The notes below the pieces were generated by a model, which saw only the letters and a program-made list of their open reading frames with translations, did no database searches and was not told the DNA's origin. A DNA stretch of 64,000 nt from an uncultured Acidobacteriota bacterium (GTDB taxonomy: Bacteria > Acidobacteriota > Thermoanaerobaculia > Multivoradales > JBCCEF01): assembly GCA_963843275.1 (NCBI GenBank), contig CAWJJM010000004.1:502237-566236 (forward strand). The letters are read 5' to 3'. This document shows positions 28,280-38,317 of the stretch, one piece after another. Position 1 is the stretch's first letter. Each line of letters starts with the position of its first letter. The translations under genes and the position numbers were made by a program.

Positions 28280-28759
28280 ATGGACGACGCACCCGGGACC
28301 CTGAGCTCCGGGGAGCTGGCCCGAAGCTGCGGGATCAGCACCGACACCCTGCGCCACTACGAGCGCAAGGGCGTGCTGCCGGAGCCGGAGCGACGCGCCA
28401 ACGGGTACCGCCGGTACCCCGCCTCGGCGTTGCGGCGCGTGCAGTGGATCCGGGCCGCCCTCGGCCTCGGGTTCACCCTCGACGAGCTCGCCGCCGCCGT
28501 CGACGAGCGCGACGCCGGGGGTGTCCCGTGCCGGCGGGTGCGCGACCTCGCCGCCGCCAAGCTGGCGACCGCCGAAGAGCGGCTCGCCGAGCTCGAGCGG
28601 CGGGTCACCCTGCTGCGCCGGGTGCTGGCCGGTTGGGACGACCGGCTGTCGGCGACACCGCCCGGCGGTCGCGCCCGGCTCCTCGACGCCCTCGTGGCGG
28701 AGACCCCCGACGAGCTTCCGGGCGATCCCCGCCCCCGCTTCACGAACCACGACCCCTGA
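28280..28759 (+). CDS. MerR family transcriptional regulator
   Basis: LSSGELARSCGISTDTLRHYERKGVLPEPERRANGYRRY...LGLGFTLDEL. Confidence 0.95.
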   Translation: MDDAPGTLSSGELARSCGISTDTLRHYERKGVLPEPERRANGYRRYPASALRRVQWIRAALGLGFTLDELAAAVDERDAGGVPCRRVRDLAAAKLATAEERLAELERRVTLLRRVLAGWDDRLSATPPGGRARLLDALVAETPDELPGDPRPRFTNHDP

Positions 28760-28775
28760 CCGGAGGACCCGAACG

Positions 28776-29441
28776 ATGCACCGATCCCCCCGCACCCCCT
28801 GGATCTCGGCCCTGGCGATCCTCGCCGCCGCCGCGCTGCCCGCCGCGGCGCAGGAGCACGCCGACTGCCCCTTCCACGAGGCGATGGCCGGCGCCCACGA
28901 GAAGCCGCCGGCCGAGGCGCCGGCGGCGGCCGACACCACCTCGCCCTACGCCGCCTTCGAGCCGCGCGAGATCGCCGCCCTCGGCGCCGACGAGACCCGG
29001 CAGCTCCTCGCCGGCGAGGGCATGGGGATGGCGCTGCCGGCCGAGCTGCACGGCTTTCCCGGCCCCCGGCACGTCCTCGACCTCGCCGACCAGCTCGGCC
29101 TCTCCGCCGCCCAGCGGCAGGAGATCGAGGCGGCGTACGACGGCATGCACCAGCGGGCGGTGGCCCTGGGCGAGGAGATCATCGCCGGGGAACGGGAGCT
29201 CGACCGCCGCTTCTCCGACGGCTCGATCGCTCCGGCGGACCTCGCGGCCCGCACCACCGAGCTGGGGCGCCTGCGCGGCGAGCTGCGCGCCGTCCACCTC
29301 ACCGCCCACCTCGAGGCCGCCGAGGTGCTGAGCCCCGAGCAACGCCACCGCTACGTCGAGCTGCGCGGCTACGAGATGGGCGGCGCCCCCGGGGCGCATC
29401 AGCACCAGCACACCGGGCACCCCGGCGCCGGGCGACGATGA
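28776..29441 (+). CDS. Periplasmic Spy/CpxP-like (LTXXQ-type) His/Met-rich protein
   Basis: GGAGG RBS; signal peptide AAA-Q; EHADCPFHEAM; GMGMALPAELHGFPGPRHVL; LGLSAAQ and VLSPEQ motifs; HQHQHTGH tail. Confidence 0.8.
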   Translation: MHRSPRTPWISALAILAAAALPAAAQEHADCPFHEAMAGAHEKPPAEAPAAADTTSPYAAFEPREIAALGADETRQLLAGEGMGMALPAELHGFPGPRHVLDLADQLGLSAAQRQEIEAAYDGMHQRAVALGEEIIAGERELDRRFSDGSIAPADLAARTTELGRLRGELRAVHLTAHLEAAEVLSPEQRHRYVELRGYEMGGAPGAHQHQHTGHPGAGRR

Positions 29442-30385
29442 GGCCGGGGCGTCGGCCGCGCTCCCGGGGGACCGCCGCGGCGCTGGCGCTCGGCGGCCTG
29501 CTGGCGGCGGCGACCGCCGCCGCCGCGACCGCTCCGCCCGCCGCGGCCGCCGAGGACGCCGGGAGCGGGACCCGCTGCGACCCGGGCGGCCTGGCACCGC
29601 TGCTCACCCCCGGCCGCATCCTCCTGCTGGGCGAGATCCACGGCACCCGCGAGGGGCCCGCGCTGGTCGCCGCGGTGGCCTGCGCAGCCCTCCGCCGGGG
29701 GCTCCCGGTGACGGTGGCCCTGGAGGTGCCGCGCGAGGAGGAGGAGCGGATCGCGCGCTTCCTGGGCTCGGACGGCGCGGCGGATGCGCGCTCCGACCTG
29801 CTGGCGGGCGACTTCTGGCGGCGCGCCTACCAGGACGGCCGGTCGAGCGCCGCCATGCTCTCCCTCCTCGCCCGCCTGCGCGAGCTGCGCCCCCCCCGTG
29901 GCGCACCCGGCCGGCTCGAGGTGACGACGCTCGACGAGGCGCGGCGGTTCGCCAGCGGCCAGGAGCGCGACGACCACCTGGCCTCCCGGCTGGTGGCCGC
30001 GGTCGAGGCGGCCGGCGCCGGCGGGCTGGTCGTCGCCTTGACCGGCAACGTCCACAGCCGGACCACGACCGGCGTCCCCTGGGACCCCGCCTACCGCCCG
30101 GCCGGCACCGCGGTGGGGGCGCGGTGGCCGGAGCGCACGCTGCCGATCCTGCTGGTCAATCCTCCGGGGACCGCGTGGACGTGCACGGGCTCGACGGCGG
30201 CGAGCTGCGGCGAGCGGCCGCTGGGCGGGGGTGGCGACGCCGGCGACGCCGGCCGCGTGGAGCTCTTCGCCGCGCCGGAGGACGGGCACCGCGGCATCTT
30301 CCATCTCGCCGCCCTCACCGCCTCGCCGCCGGCGGTCGGGGAGCCGGCCGCGACGGCCGGCGAGCCGCCCCCCGCGCCGGGCTGA
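29438..30385 (+). CDS. Secreted EreA/ChaN/TIKI-superfamily protein
   Basis: Signal peptide; ILLLGEIHGT, VALEVP, ERDDHLA, ALTGNVHS. Confidence 0.65.
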   Translation: MRPGRRPRSRGTAAALALGGLLAAATAAAATAPPAAAAEDAGSGTRCDPGGLAPLLTPGRILLLGEIHGTREGPALVAAVACAALRRGLPVTVALEVPREEEERIARFLGSDGAADARSDLLAGDFWRRAYQDGRSSAAMLSLLARLRELRPPRGAPGRLEVTTLDEARRFASGQERDDHLASRLVAAVEAAGAGGLVVALTGNVHSRTTTGVPWDPAYRPAGTAVGARWPERTLPILLVNPPGTAWTCTGSTAASCGERPLGGGGDAGDAGRVELFAAPEDGHRGIFHLAALTASPPAVGEPAATAGEPPPAPG

Positions 30386-30561
30386 CGGACCGGACGCGCC
30401 CCGGCGGCTGCGACGGGACGGCGCCCGCCTGCTGGCGGCGGACGAACCCGGGCCGGCGCGCGCCATGGCGGCCTACTACGTGGGCCAGGTCCTGCGCGGC
30501 GACCCGGAGCGGCGGGCCGCCCTGTGCGCCGGCTGAGCCTGCCGACGCGGCGCGCGGGCGC

Positions 30562-31506
30562 TCAGGGGACGGCGCGTGCCGCCGCGCGCAGACCGGGCAG
30601 CAACCGCTCCACCAGGGCCGGATCGCCGCTCTCGCCGACGGTGAAGTAGAGGGCGAAGAGGAAGGCGACCGTGTCGTGGCGCTTGGCCAGGCCGCGCCGG
30701 CTCGAGAACGCCTCCGACCAGTCGGCCAGCGGGGCGGGCGCCGTGGCCGCGGCCAGCCAGGCCGTCCACTCCTCGGGGGAGTGGAGGCCGCGCGAGGCGA
30801 CGGCGCGCACCGTCCGCGCCAGCCGCTCGCTCTCGCCGGCGACGTAGAACACCTCTCCGTCCGGCGCCACCTGCGCGGCGACGGCGGCGAGGATGCGGTC
30901 CAGCCCCGGCCGGGCCACGGCCGGATTCAGGGCGAGCTGCAGCAGCAGGTCGGCGCCGTGGGCGACGCCGTGGCGCCAACCGTCGGCGTCGTCGAAGTCG
31001 CGATGGTCGCGCACCCCGGCCAGGTAGCCGGTGGCGGCGAAGAGCAGTCGCTGGCGCTCGGCGGCCGAGAGGAAGGGCTCGAGGCGATCGGTCCGCGCCA
31101 CCTCGGCCAGGGCCAGCGCCGCGAACGGCTGGCGGAAACCGGGCTCCGCGGGGCCGTCCGGCGGCGCCTCGAGGACCGGCAGCAGGCGGCCGAGCAGCTC
31201 CTGGCGAGCGGGCGGCGAGAGCCCCGGCCCCCGCATCCATCCGGCCAGGGCCTCGAAGGCCACGCCGTCGCGTAGCCACGGGTCGGCCGCAGCGAGGCAC
31301 GGCACCAGCGCCAGCGCCAGGGCGTCACGCTCCGCTGGCGCCGGCAGCTCGAAGCCCGAGGCCACGAGACGCTCCAGCCGCGCCCGGCTCCAACCGGCCG
31401 GCGGGCAGCCGCTCTCGGCCGCCGCCGGCGCCGCGCCGGCGCCGGCGCCCAACGCGGCGACCAGGACCACCGACGCCGCCCGCCTCCGCCCTCTGTTTCG
31501 TTCCAC
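30562..31506 (-). CDS. DUF2785-like secreted protein
   Basis: Signal peptide; DPWLRDGVAF, FAALALAEVARTD, GWRHGVAHGADLL, GESERLA. Confidence 0.8.
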   Translation of the reverse strand: MERNRGRRRAASVVLVAALGAGAGAAPAAAESGCPPAGWSRARLERLVASGFELPAPAERDALALALVPCLAAADPWLRDGVAFEALAGWMRGPGLSPPARQELLGRLLPVLEAPPDGPAEPGFRQPFAALALAEVARTDRLEPFLSAAERQRLLFAATGYLAGVRDHRDFDDADGWRHGVAHGADLLLQLALNPAVARPGLDRILAAVAAQVAPDGEVFYVAGESERLARTVRAVASRGLHSPEEWTAWLAAATAPAPLADWSEAFSSRRGLAKRHDTVAFLFALYFTVGESGDPALVERLLPGLRAAARAVP

Positions 31507-31609
31507 GGTCTGAGGCCTCCTCCGGTTCGCTGCTCCGAGCGGTGGTACGGAGCCGGGGGCGCCCGGGTTCGGGTGCCGGCCCTCGCCCGACGGTGCGCCG
31601 GCGCCCGCC

Positions 31610-32314
31610 TCAGCGACCGGCGGCGAACAGCCAGCCGCCCCAACCGACCAGGGCCGCCACGATCAGACCGTAGGTGAGCGCGTTCGCCGACCAGCTCCAG
31701 CGCCGCAGGGCGGCCTCCTCGAGCCGTGGCGCCACCCGCCGGCCGACCCGCACCTCGACCCACACCGAGACCAGGAAGAACGGCACGCAGAGCCAGGCGG
31801 CCGCCCACGGGATCCACCACGGGGCCGACTCGACGGTGGGGGGTAGCCAAGGCGCCTGGAAGGCGCCCACCAGCAGCCGCAGCGCCGCTCCCGGCTCCGC
31901 CCGGTCGCCTCCGAGGCCGAGAACCAGCAGGCCGCCGAGCAGCTCGATGAGCAGGGCGGCCAACCAGGTGAGGGGCACCCCGAGCAGGGTCGTGACCAGG
32001 TTGCCCCAGCCGGACACCTTCCAGGCCTCGCGCCAGCCGCCGAGGAGACGACGCCCGACCGCCGCCTCGAGGAGGATGACGGCCGGCAGCGCCGCCCAGC
32101 TCCCGGGCCACACCAGCAACAACATCGGCAGACCGGCGTCGGCCCGGGCCGGCGCGGCCACCACGACCGCCGCCAGGGCGGCGACCGCCCAGCGACCGCG
32201 GCGCGGGCCGCGGCGGCGCCTGGCTCGGCGGGGGAGCGCCTCGACGGTGCGGAGCATGGCGGGTCGCGGCGGCGCCGCGGGAACCTCCTCTCGGTGCGGA
32301 TCGGTGCGCACCAC
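31610..32314 (-). CDS. Hypothetical membrane protein (start uncertain, alternative 32257)
   Basis: ADAGLPMLL..W; NLVTTLLGVPLTW; FFLVSVWVE; ANALTY; several TM segments. Confidence 0.7.
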   Translation of the reverse strand: MVRTDPHREEVPAAPPRPAMLRTVEALPRRARRRRGPRRGRWAVAALAAVVVAAPARADAGLPMLLLVWPGSWAALPAVILLEAAVGRRLLGGWREAWKVSGWGNLVTTLLGVPLTWLAALLIELLGGLLVLGLGGDRAEPGAALRLLVGAFQAPWLPPTVESAPWWIPWAAAWLCVPFFLVSVWVEVRVGRRVAPRLEEAALRRWSWSANALTYGLIVAALVGWGGWLFAAGR

Positions 32315-32478
32315 GATCTCACACGCCGAGGACGGGGCGGAGCACTCGAGGAGACGGAGAAGCTCCGCTGCGGCCGGTCGCGGCAGCGGAGGGGCGCCGG
32401 GAGGCTCGAGAACCCACGGCGCGCTCCTCCCCGGCTTGGCGCCGCCGGTGGATGGCGCGGTGACCGGCCGCCCGAAGC

Positions 32479-32754
32479 TCAGAAACCGATCGCCAGGCCC
32501 TTGTAGACCAGCAGGACCACCACGGTCAGCACGGAGACCGCGAGCGACCAGCCGGGGCGCCGGAGGAAGACGAGGAGGACCGCGACGAGGGTGAGCGCGG
32601 CGGCGATCAGCGCGCCCACCACCCAGGCCTCCGACCGCGCCATCGTGAACGCTGCGCCCTCGGCGGCGTGCAGGCGGAGGATCTCCGCGAGGCCGCGGAT
32701 CAGGGCCAGGAACTGGACCACGATCCCCACCTGGGCCCAGCGCTCCCGGGTCAT
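32479..32754 (-). CDS. Small 3-TM membrane protein
   Basis: ATGA overlap with the hydrolase stop; MTRERWAQVGIVVQFLALIRGLAE...; hydrophobic. Confidence 0.7.
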   Translation of the reverse strand: MTRERWAQVGIVVQFLALIRGLAEILRLHAAEGAAFTMARSEAWVVGALIAAALTLVAVLLVFLRRPGWSLAVSVLTVVVLLVYKGLAIGF

Positions 32755-33485
32755 CCGGACCCCCGCCGTCCGCCCGACCCGTCCGCGACCAGCAGCGCGG
32801 CGAGCTCCTCCGGCCGCTCCAGCATCACCCCGTGGCCGGCGTCGATCTCCACGACCTCGCCCCCCAGCTTGCGCGCCCAGCGGCGGGCCAACGGCGGCGG
32901 AAAGGTGAGATCGCGCCGGCAGACCACGTAGCGCCGGCGCATCGGCAGGGTGCGGGCGGACACCGCGGCGGGCTCGAGGTAGACGGCGAACGGCTGCGGC
33001 GTCAGGCGGGCGAAGCAGCCTCGCGCCTCCCCCTCCGGCAGACCGCCGAAGAAGCGGCGGCGTGCCTCGCGCCAGGGGATGCTCAGGGTGCCGTCGCCGC
33101 TGGCGGCGGCGCGGGCGTGGTAGGCGGGACGCCGCGCGGCCGGCACGAGGTCGATGGCGCGCTCGCCGCGCTCGAGGACCAGGGCGGCCAGGAACACCAC
33201 CTTTCGCACCCGCGCCGCCTGACGGAGCGCGATCTGCGGCAGCAGGATGCCGGCGATCGAGTGGCCCACCAACACCAGCTCGCCGAGGCCGCGGGCGGCG
33301 ACGAAACGGTCGACGGCGTCGAGGCAGGAAGACACCGTGACGCTCCGCCGGGGGGTCGGATCGTCGCCCGCTCCCGGCAGGTCGAGGGCGTGCCCGCGGT
33401 GCCCGCGGGCGGCGAGGGCGGGGAGCAGCCGCTCCCAGCACCAGGCTCCGTGCGAGCCTCCGTGGACGAGGAGGAAGTCCGTCAA
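32751..33485 (-). CDS. Alpha/beta hydrolase (methylesterase/SABP2-like), TTG start
   Basis: FLLVHGGSHGAWCW, LDLPG, LVGHSIAG, YVVCRRD, IDAGH. Confidence 0.9.
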   Translation of the reverse strand: MTDFLLVHGGSHGAWCWERLLPALAARGHRGHALDLPGAGDDPTPRRSVTVSSCLDAVDRFVAARGLGELVLVGHSIAGILLPQIALRQAARVRKVVFLAALVLERGERAIDLVPAARRPAYHARAAASGDGTLSIPWREARRRFFGGLPEGEARGCFARLTPQPFAVYLEPAAVSARTLPMRRRYVVCRRDLTFPPPLARRWARKLGGEVVEIDAGHGVMLERPEELAALLVADGSGGRRGSG

Positions 33486-33594
33486 GGCATCGGCGATCTT
33501 GTCAGAAGCCCTCGCGATAGGCTCGGCGCTCACGACGCGGAGAGGAGGGCGGAGGCCGCGGGACGGGATCCACGCCGCCCGCGGGCCGGCGCGC

Positions 33595-34215
33595 ATGCGC
33601 AAGGAGCGTCTGGAGGCCTTCAGCGACGGGGTGATCGCCATCCTGATCACCATCATGGTGCTCGAGCTGCGGGCGCCGCACGGCGCCGGCCTGCGCGTGC
33701 TGCGGCCGCTGCTGCCGTCGCTCGCCACCTACCTGGTGAGCTTCGTCTACCTCGGGATCTACTGGGCGAACCACCACCACCTGCTGCAGGCCGCGCGGCA
33801 CGTCGACGGCCGGGTCCTGTGGGCGAACCTGCACCTGCTCTTCTGGCTCTCCCTGGTGCCGTTCGCCACCGGCTGGATGGCCGACAGCGGCTTCGCCCCC
33901 GTCCCCGTCGCGGCCTACGGGGTCGTCCTGCTGCTCGCCGCGGTGGCCTGGCTGATCCTCCAGGCGTCGCTGATCTCGCTGGAGGGCCCGGAGGGCGAGA
34001 TCGCCGCCGCGCTGGGCCGGGACGTCAAGGGAAAGCTGTCGTTCGTCCTCTACCTGGTGGCGATCGTGGCCGCGTTCTTCGCCCGCTGGGTCGCCGAGGC
34101 GATCTACGTCGGGGTCGCCCTGATGTGGCTGGTGCCCGACCGGCGGATCGAGTCGCGGCTGGCGCCGCGTGCGGCGGGCGCGGCGGCGGAGACGAAGAAG
34201 AGCCCCGGCACCTGA
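33595..34215 (+). CDS. TMEM175 (DUF1211) family potassium channel-like protein
   Basis: RLEAFSDGVIAILITIMVLE; IYWANHHH; VLWANLHLLFWLSLVPF. Confidence 0.92.
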   Translation: MRKERLEAFSDGVIAILITIMVLELRAPHGAGLRVLRPLLPSLATYLVSFVYLGIYWANHHHLLQAARHVDGRVLWANLHLLFWLSLVPFATGWMADSGFAPVPVAAYGVVLLLAAVAWLILQASLISLEGPEGEIAAALGRDVKGKLSFVLYLVAIVAAFFARWVAEAIYVGVALMWLVPDRRIESRLAPRAAGAAAETKKSPGT

Positions 34216-34230
34216 CCGGGGCCGACCCGC

Positions 34231-34869
34231 TCACCGCGCCCGCAGCCAGCGGTCGATCGCCTCGATCCCCGCGCCCAGGTTCCCGGCGGCGGTGTGGCCG
34301 CTCGCCCGGCGCGGCTTCCAGGAGTGGTCGCCGTCGGGGAGCCAGGCGAACTCGACGGCGGGGGACAGGTCGTAGCCGGCGACCTCGTCGCGGCCGCCGA
34401 AGGGATCGCGCTCGCCCTGGACGAACAGCGCCGGCGTGGCCAGCGACCGCAGGTGGGAGGTGCGCAGGCGCTCCGGCCGGCCCACCGGATGGAAGGGGTA
34501 GCCGAGGCAGACCAGTCCGGCGACCCCGAGCCCGTCCGCCACCCGGCTGGCGATCCGCCCGCCCATCGACTTGCCGCCGATCACCAGCCGGGACGGCTCG
34601 CCCAGGGCCCGCACCGCCTCGCACCACGCCGCCTCCAGCACCGCCGGGGGGTCCGGCCGCCGGCGCCGCCCGTCCTCGCGCCGGCGCCGCATGTAGGGCA
34701 GCTCGAAGCGCACCACCCGGTGCCCCGCGGCCCCGAGACCGGCCGCCACCGCGGCGAGGAACGGCGCGTCGGCCGGGCTGCCGGCACCGTGCGTCAGGAC
34801 GACCGTGCGCGGCGCGGACTCCGGACCGTCGCAGAAGAAGCGCAACGGCGGCGGGTCGGGGGTGGGCAC
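34231..34869 (-). CDS. Alpha/beta-family hydrolase (KANL3/Tex30-like)
   Basis: LTHGAGSP, RFELPYM, IGGKSMGGR, CLGYPFHP, QGERDPFG, DGDHS. Confidence 0.9.
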   Translation of the reverse strand: MPTPDPPPLRFFCDGPESAPRTVVLTHGAGSPADAPFLAAVAAGLGAAGHRVVRFELPYMRRRREDGRRRRPDPPAVLEAAWCEAVRALGEPSRLVIGGKSMGGRIASRVADGLGVAGLVCLGYPFHPVGRPERLRTSHLRSLATPALFVQGERDPFGGRDEVAGYDLSPAVEFAWLPDGDHSWKPRRASGHTAAGNLGAGIEAIDRWLRAR

Positions 34870-35054
34870 GCGCGCAGGATAGCGCGCGGCCGCGCCTCCG
34901 GCCGTGGGCCAGGGTCGCGCCACCCGTGGCGGCGGCGTTCCCCGATGCCGGCGGCGCCGCGGCGGCCGGCCTCCCTCGGCGCCGGACCGGGCCGGCCTGA
35001 AGCCGGCGCTGCTATCCTCTTCTCCGTCCGTCCACAGCGTGCGAGGAGGCCGCG

Positions 35055-35423
35055 ATGAGGATCGCCCCCGGCAGGATCGTGCCACTCGGCTACGGGAAGT
35101 ACGTGCGCTCGGAGCGCATCGCCGGCCTCGAGCCCATCGAGGACGGGCGCGGTCCCGGCCGCCGGACGCGGGTGTGGGTCGAAGGGGTGAGCGAGCCGTT
35201 CGTCGCCTCCCGCTCCGAGACGGCGATCCTCAGCGACCTCGTCGAGGGCGCCGAGAACGCCGGGCAGTCCGACGCCCAGCGCCGCCTGCTGGTCGACCTG
35301 CTCGAGACCCTCGACGGCCTCGACCCCGTGCTGCGCCGGATCGTCCGCGACCAGGCGCGCTGGGACCTCGACCGCCTGGAGGCGCGGATCCGCGCGGTGC
35401 TGGGCCTCGACGCCGGCGACTGA
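35055..35423 (+). CDS. Conserved hypothetical protein, RemA/DUF370-like N-domain by inference
   Basis: GAGGAGG RBS; IVPLGYGKYVRSERIAGLEPI...RRTRVWVEG....VASRSETAIL; C-terminal helical hairpin. Confidence 0.75.
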   Translation: MRIAPGRIVPLGYGKYVRSERIAGLEPIEDGRGPGRRTRVWVEGVSEPFVASRSETAILSDLVEGAENAGQSDAQRRLLVDLLETLDGLDPVLRRIVRDQARWDLDRLEARIRAVLGLDAGD

Positions 35424-35505
35424 CGCCGCGGCACCGGACCCGCGGGTCGTGGCGCGACGGGGGGGGGGGGCGCGGCGGCGCGGTCTGCCCCGCCCGTGCG
35501 CCGGC

Positions 35506-36384
35506 TCAACCGAAGCGGCCGGTGATGTAGTCCTCGGTCTGCTTCTTCGCGGGCCTGGTGAACATCGAGGCGGTGTCGCCCGACTCCACGACCTCGCCGA
35601 GGTAGAGCAGCGTCGTGTGGTCGGCGACCCGCGCCGCCTGCTGCAGGTTGTGGGTGACGATCACGATCGTGTAGTCGGCCTTGAGCTCGTGGATCAGCTC
35701 CTCGATGCGGGCGGTGGAGATCGGGTCGAGCGCCGAGGTCGGCTCGTCGAGCAGCAGCACCTCGGGCTTGAGGGCGATCGCCCGGGCGATGCACAGGCGC
35801 TGCTGCTGGCCGCCGGAGAGCGAGTGGCCGGAGCGGTCGAGCTTGTCGGCCACCTCGTCCCACAGCGCCGCCTTGCGCAGCGCCCACTCCACCCGCTCGG
35901 CGAGGGCGCCGGCGCGGAGCCGCTCGTAGAGCCGGACCCCGAACGCGATGTTGTCGAAGACCGACATCGGAAACGGCGTCGGCGCCTGGAAGACCATCCC
36001 GACCTTGCGGCGCAGCAGGTTGAGGTCCACCTTCGGCCCCAGCACGTTCTCGCCGTCGAGCAGGATCTCGCCGCGGGCGCGCTGCTTCGGGTAGAGCTCG
36101 TAGATGCGGTTGAAGGTCCGCAGCAGGGTCGACTTGCCGCAGCCCGAGGGCCCGATCAGCGCGCTGACCCGGCGCTCGGGCACCACCAGGTCGAGGCCCT
36201 TCAGCGCGTGGTTGCGGTCGTACCAGAAGTCCAGCCGCCGCGCCTCGAGCTTGACCGGCAGCTCGGCGGCGGCGGCGGCCCGGGCGAGGTGCGCGGTGTC
36301 GACCTGGATCCGTGGCGTCGTCGGCGCGGCCGGGGCCGGCCCGGGAACGTCGTGCTCCTCGTCCCGCTGCAGCGGCACGATCAC
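35506..36384 (-). CDS. pstB: Phosphate ABC transporter ATP-binding protein
   Basis: [63 protein letters not shown]. Confidence 0.97.
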   Translation of the reverse strand: MIVPLQRDEEHDVPGPAPAAPTTPRIQVDTAHLARAAAAAELPVKLEARRLDFWYDRNHALKGLDLVVPERRVSALIGPSGCGKSTLLRTFNRIYELYPKQRARGEILLDGENVLGPKVDLNLLRRKVGMVFQAPTPFPMSVFDNIAFGVRLYERLRAGALAERVEWALRKAALWDEVADKLDRSGHSLSGGQQQRLCIARAIALKPEVLLLDEPTSALDPISTARIEELIHELKADYTIVIVTHNLQQAARVADHTTLLYLGEVVESGDTASMFTRPAKKQTEDYITGRFG

Positions 36385-37226
36385 CGCGCCCCCCGCTGGC
36401 GGAAGACCACGCGCGCCAGGACGTTCAACCCCAGGATGGCGAGGGTGATCAGCAGCGAGCCGGCCCAGGCGAGCTGCTGCCAGTCGTCGTAGGGGCTCAT
36501 GGCGAACTGGAAGATCACCACCGGCAGGTTGGCGAGGGGCGCGTTCATGTCGAGGCTCCAGAACTGGTTGTTGAGCGCCGTGAACAGCAGGGGCGCGGTC
36601 TCGCCCGCGATCCGCGCCACCGCCAGGAGCACGCCGGTCAGCAGGCCGGCGCGGGCCGCCCGCCAGGTCACCCGCACGGTGACCTTCCAGCGCGGCGCGC
36701 CGAGAGCCGCCGCCGCCTCCCGGAGCCGCGACGGCACCAGGCGCAGCATGTCCTCCGTGGTGCGGACGATGACCGGGACGGCGATGATGCCGAGCGCCGC
36801 GGCGCCCGCCCAGCCGGAGAAGTGGCCCATGCGGACGACCATCAGCTCGTAGACGAAGAGCCCGATGAGGATCGACGGAGCGCTCAGCAGGATGTCGTTG
36901 ACGAAGCGGATGGTGGCGGCCAGCGGGGCCGCCGTCCTCCCGTACTCGGCGAGCCAGGTCCCGGCGAGGATGCCGAGCGGCGTCGCCACCAGCATCGCGA
37001 TCCCCGTCATCAGAAGGCTGCCGGCGATGGCGTTGGCGAGCCCCCCGTCGCTGCCCGGCGGCGGCGTGCTCTCGGCGAGGAGCCGGAGGTCGAGGCCGGC
37101 CAGGCCGCGGCGGAACAGCGTCGCGAGGATCCACACCAGGAAGGCGAGACCCACCGCCATCGTCGCGACCGAGAGCGTCAGGGCGACGACGTTGACCAGC
37201 CGCCGGCGGGTGTAGATGTCGATCAC
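36381..37226 (-). CDS. pstA: Phosphate ABC transporter permease
   Basis: [34 protein letters not shown]. Confidence 0.97.
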   Translation of the reverse strand: MIDIYTRRRLVNVVALTLSVATMAVGLAFLVWILATLFRRGLAGLDLRLLAESTPPPGSDGGLANAIAGSLLMTGIAMLVATPLGILAGTWLAEYGRTAAPLAATIRFVNDILLSAPSILIGLFVYELMVVRMGHFSGWAGAAALGIIAVPVIVRTTEDMLRLVPSRLREAAAALGAPRWKVTVRVTWRAARAGLLTGVLLAVARIAGETAPLLFTALNNQFWSLDMNAPLANLPVVIFQFAMSPYDDWQQLAWAGSLLITLAILGLNVLARVVFRQRGAR

Positions 37227-37245
37227 GGCGCCGTCCCCGCCCGCC

Positions 37246-38253
37246 TCACCGCGCCGGCCCCCGGTGCCGCTCGAGCCGCATCAGCATCAGGCGCGACAGC
37301 GCCAGCACCACGAAGGTGATGGCAAACAGCACCAGCCCGAGGGCGATCAGCGACGAGGTGTAGAGCGACCCGACCGCCTCGTTGAACTCGTTGGCCAGGC
37401 TCGAGGCGATGGTGTTGCCGGGCATGAACAAGGAGGCGTCGATGCGGTGGGCGTTGCCGATGACGAAGGTGACCGCCATCGTCTCGCCCAGCGCCCGGCC
37501 GAGGCCCAGCATCACCCCCCCGAAGACGCCGGCCCGCGTGGAGGGTAGGACGATCTTCCACACCACCTCCCAGGTGGTGGCGCCCAGGGCGAAGGTCGAC
37601 TCCTCGAGCATCGGGGGCACGGTGCGGAAGACGTCGCGCATCACCGCCGAGATGAAGGGGATGACCATGATGGCCAGGATCAGGCCGGCGGTGAACATCC
37701 CGATGCCCATCGGCGGGCCCTGGAACAGGCGGCCGACCAGCGGCCAGCCTCCCAGATGCTCCGTGACCCAGGGCTGCACGTGGAGCGAGAGCAGCGGGGC
37801 GAGCACGAACAGGCCCCACATCCCATAGATGATGCTGGGGATGGCGGCCAGGAGCTCGATGGCGGTCGACAGCGGCCGCTCCAGCCAGCGCGGGCTCAGC
37901 TTGGTGACGAACAGGGCGATGCCGAAGGAGATCGGGATGCCCAGGAGCAGCGCGATCGCCGAGGTCACCAGCGTCCCGAAGACCGCCACCAGCGCCCCGA
38001 ACTGCTCGGTCACGGGGTTCCACTCCCGGCTGACGAGGAAGCCCGGGCCGAAGGCGCGCCACGCGGGCAGGCTGCCGTGCACCAGCGACAGCAGGATCGC
38101 CACGAGCAGGGCGAAGACCGCCAGCGCGAACAGCAGCGTCGTGTTCCGGAACAGCGTGTCGCCGAGCTTGCGCGGGCTGTCGCGGCCGGCGACGATCGAC
38201 GTCGGCGGCGGCGCGCCCGGGGCGGCGACGGCGCTGGGAGTCTCGGGGCTCAT
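37246..38253 (-). CDS. pstC: Phosphate ABC transporter permease
   Basis: [42 protein letters not shown]. Confidence 0.97.
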   Translation of the reverse strand: MSPETPSAVAAPGAPPPTSIVAGRDSPRKLGDTLFRNTTLLFALAVFALLVAILLSLVHGSLPAWRAFGPGFLVSREWNPVTEQFGALVAVFGTLVTSAIALLLGIPISFGIALFVTKLSPRWLERPLSTAIELLAAIPSIIYGMWGLFVLAPLLSLHVQPWVTEHLGGWPLVGRLFQGPPMGIGMFTAGLILAIMVIPFISAVMRDVFRTVPPMLEESTFALGATTWEVVWKIVLPSTRAGVFGGVMLGLGRALGETMAVTFVIGNAHRIDASLFMPGNTIASSLANEFNEAVGSLYTSSLIALGLVLFAITFVVLALSRLMLMRLERHRGPAR

Positions 38254-38317
38254 CGGCGCGACGCACGGCGGGGCGGCGCTCCGGGCGCCCGCCCCGCCGG
38301 CGTGGGGATCCGTCCCG

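Noticed and set aside
35459-35470. G12 homopolymer as a phase-variation switch
   Set aside because: Lies between convergent gene ends, not in a CDS or promoter; length unreliable in long-read data
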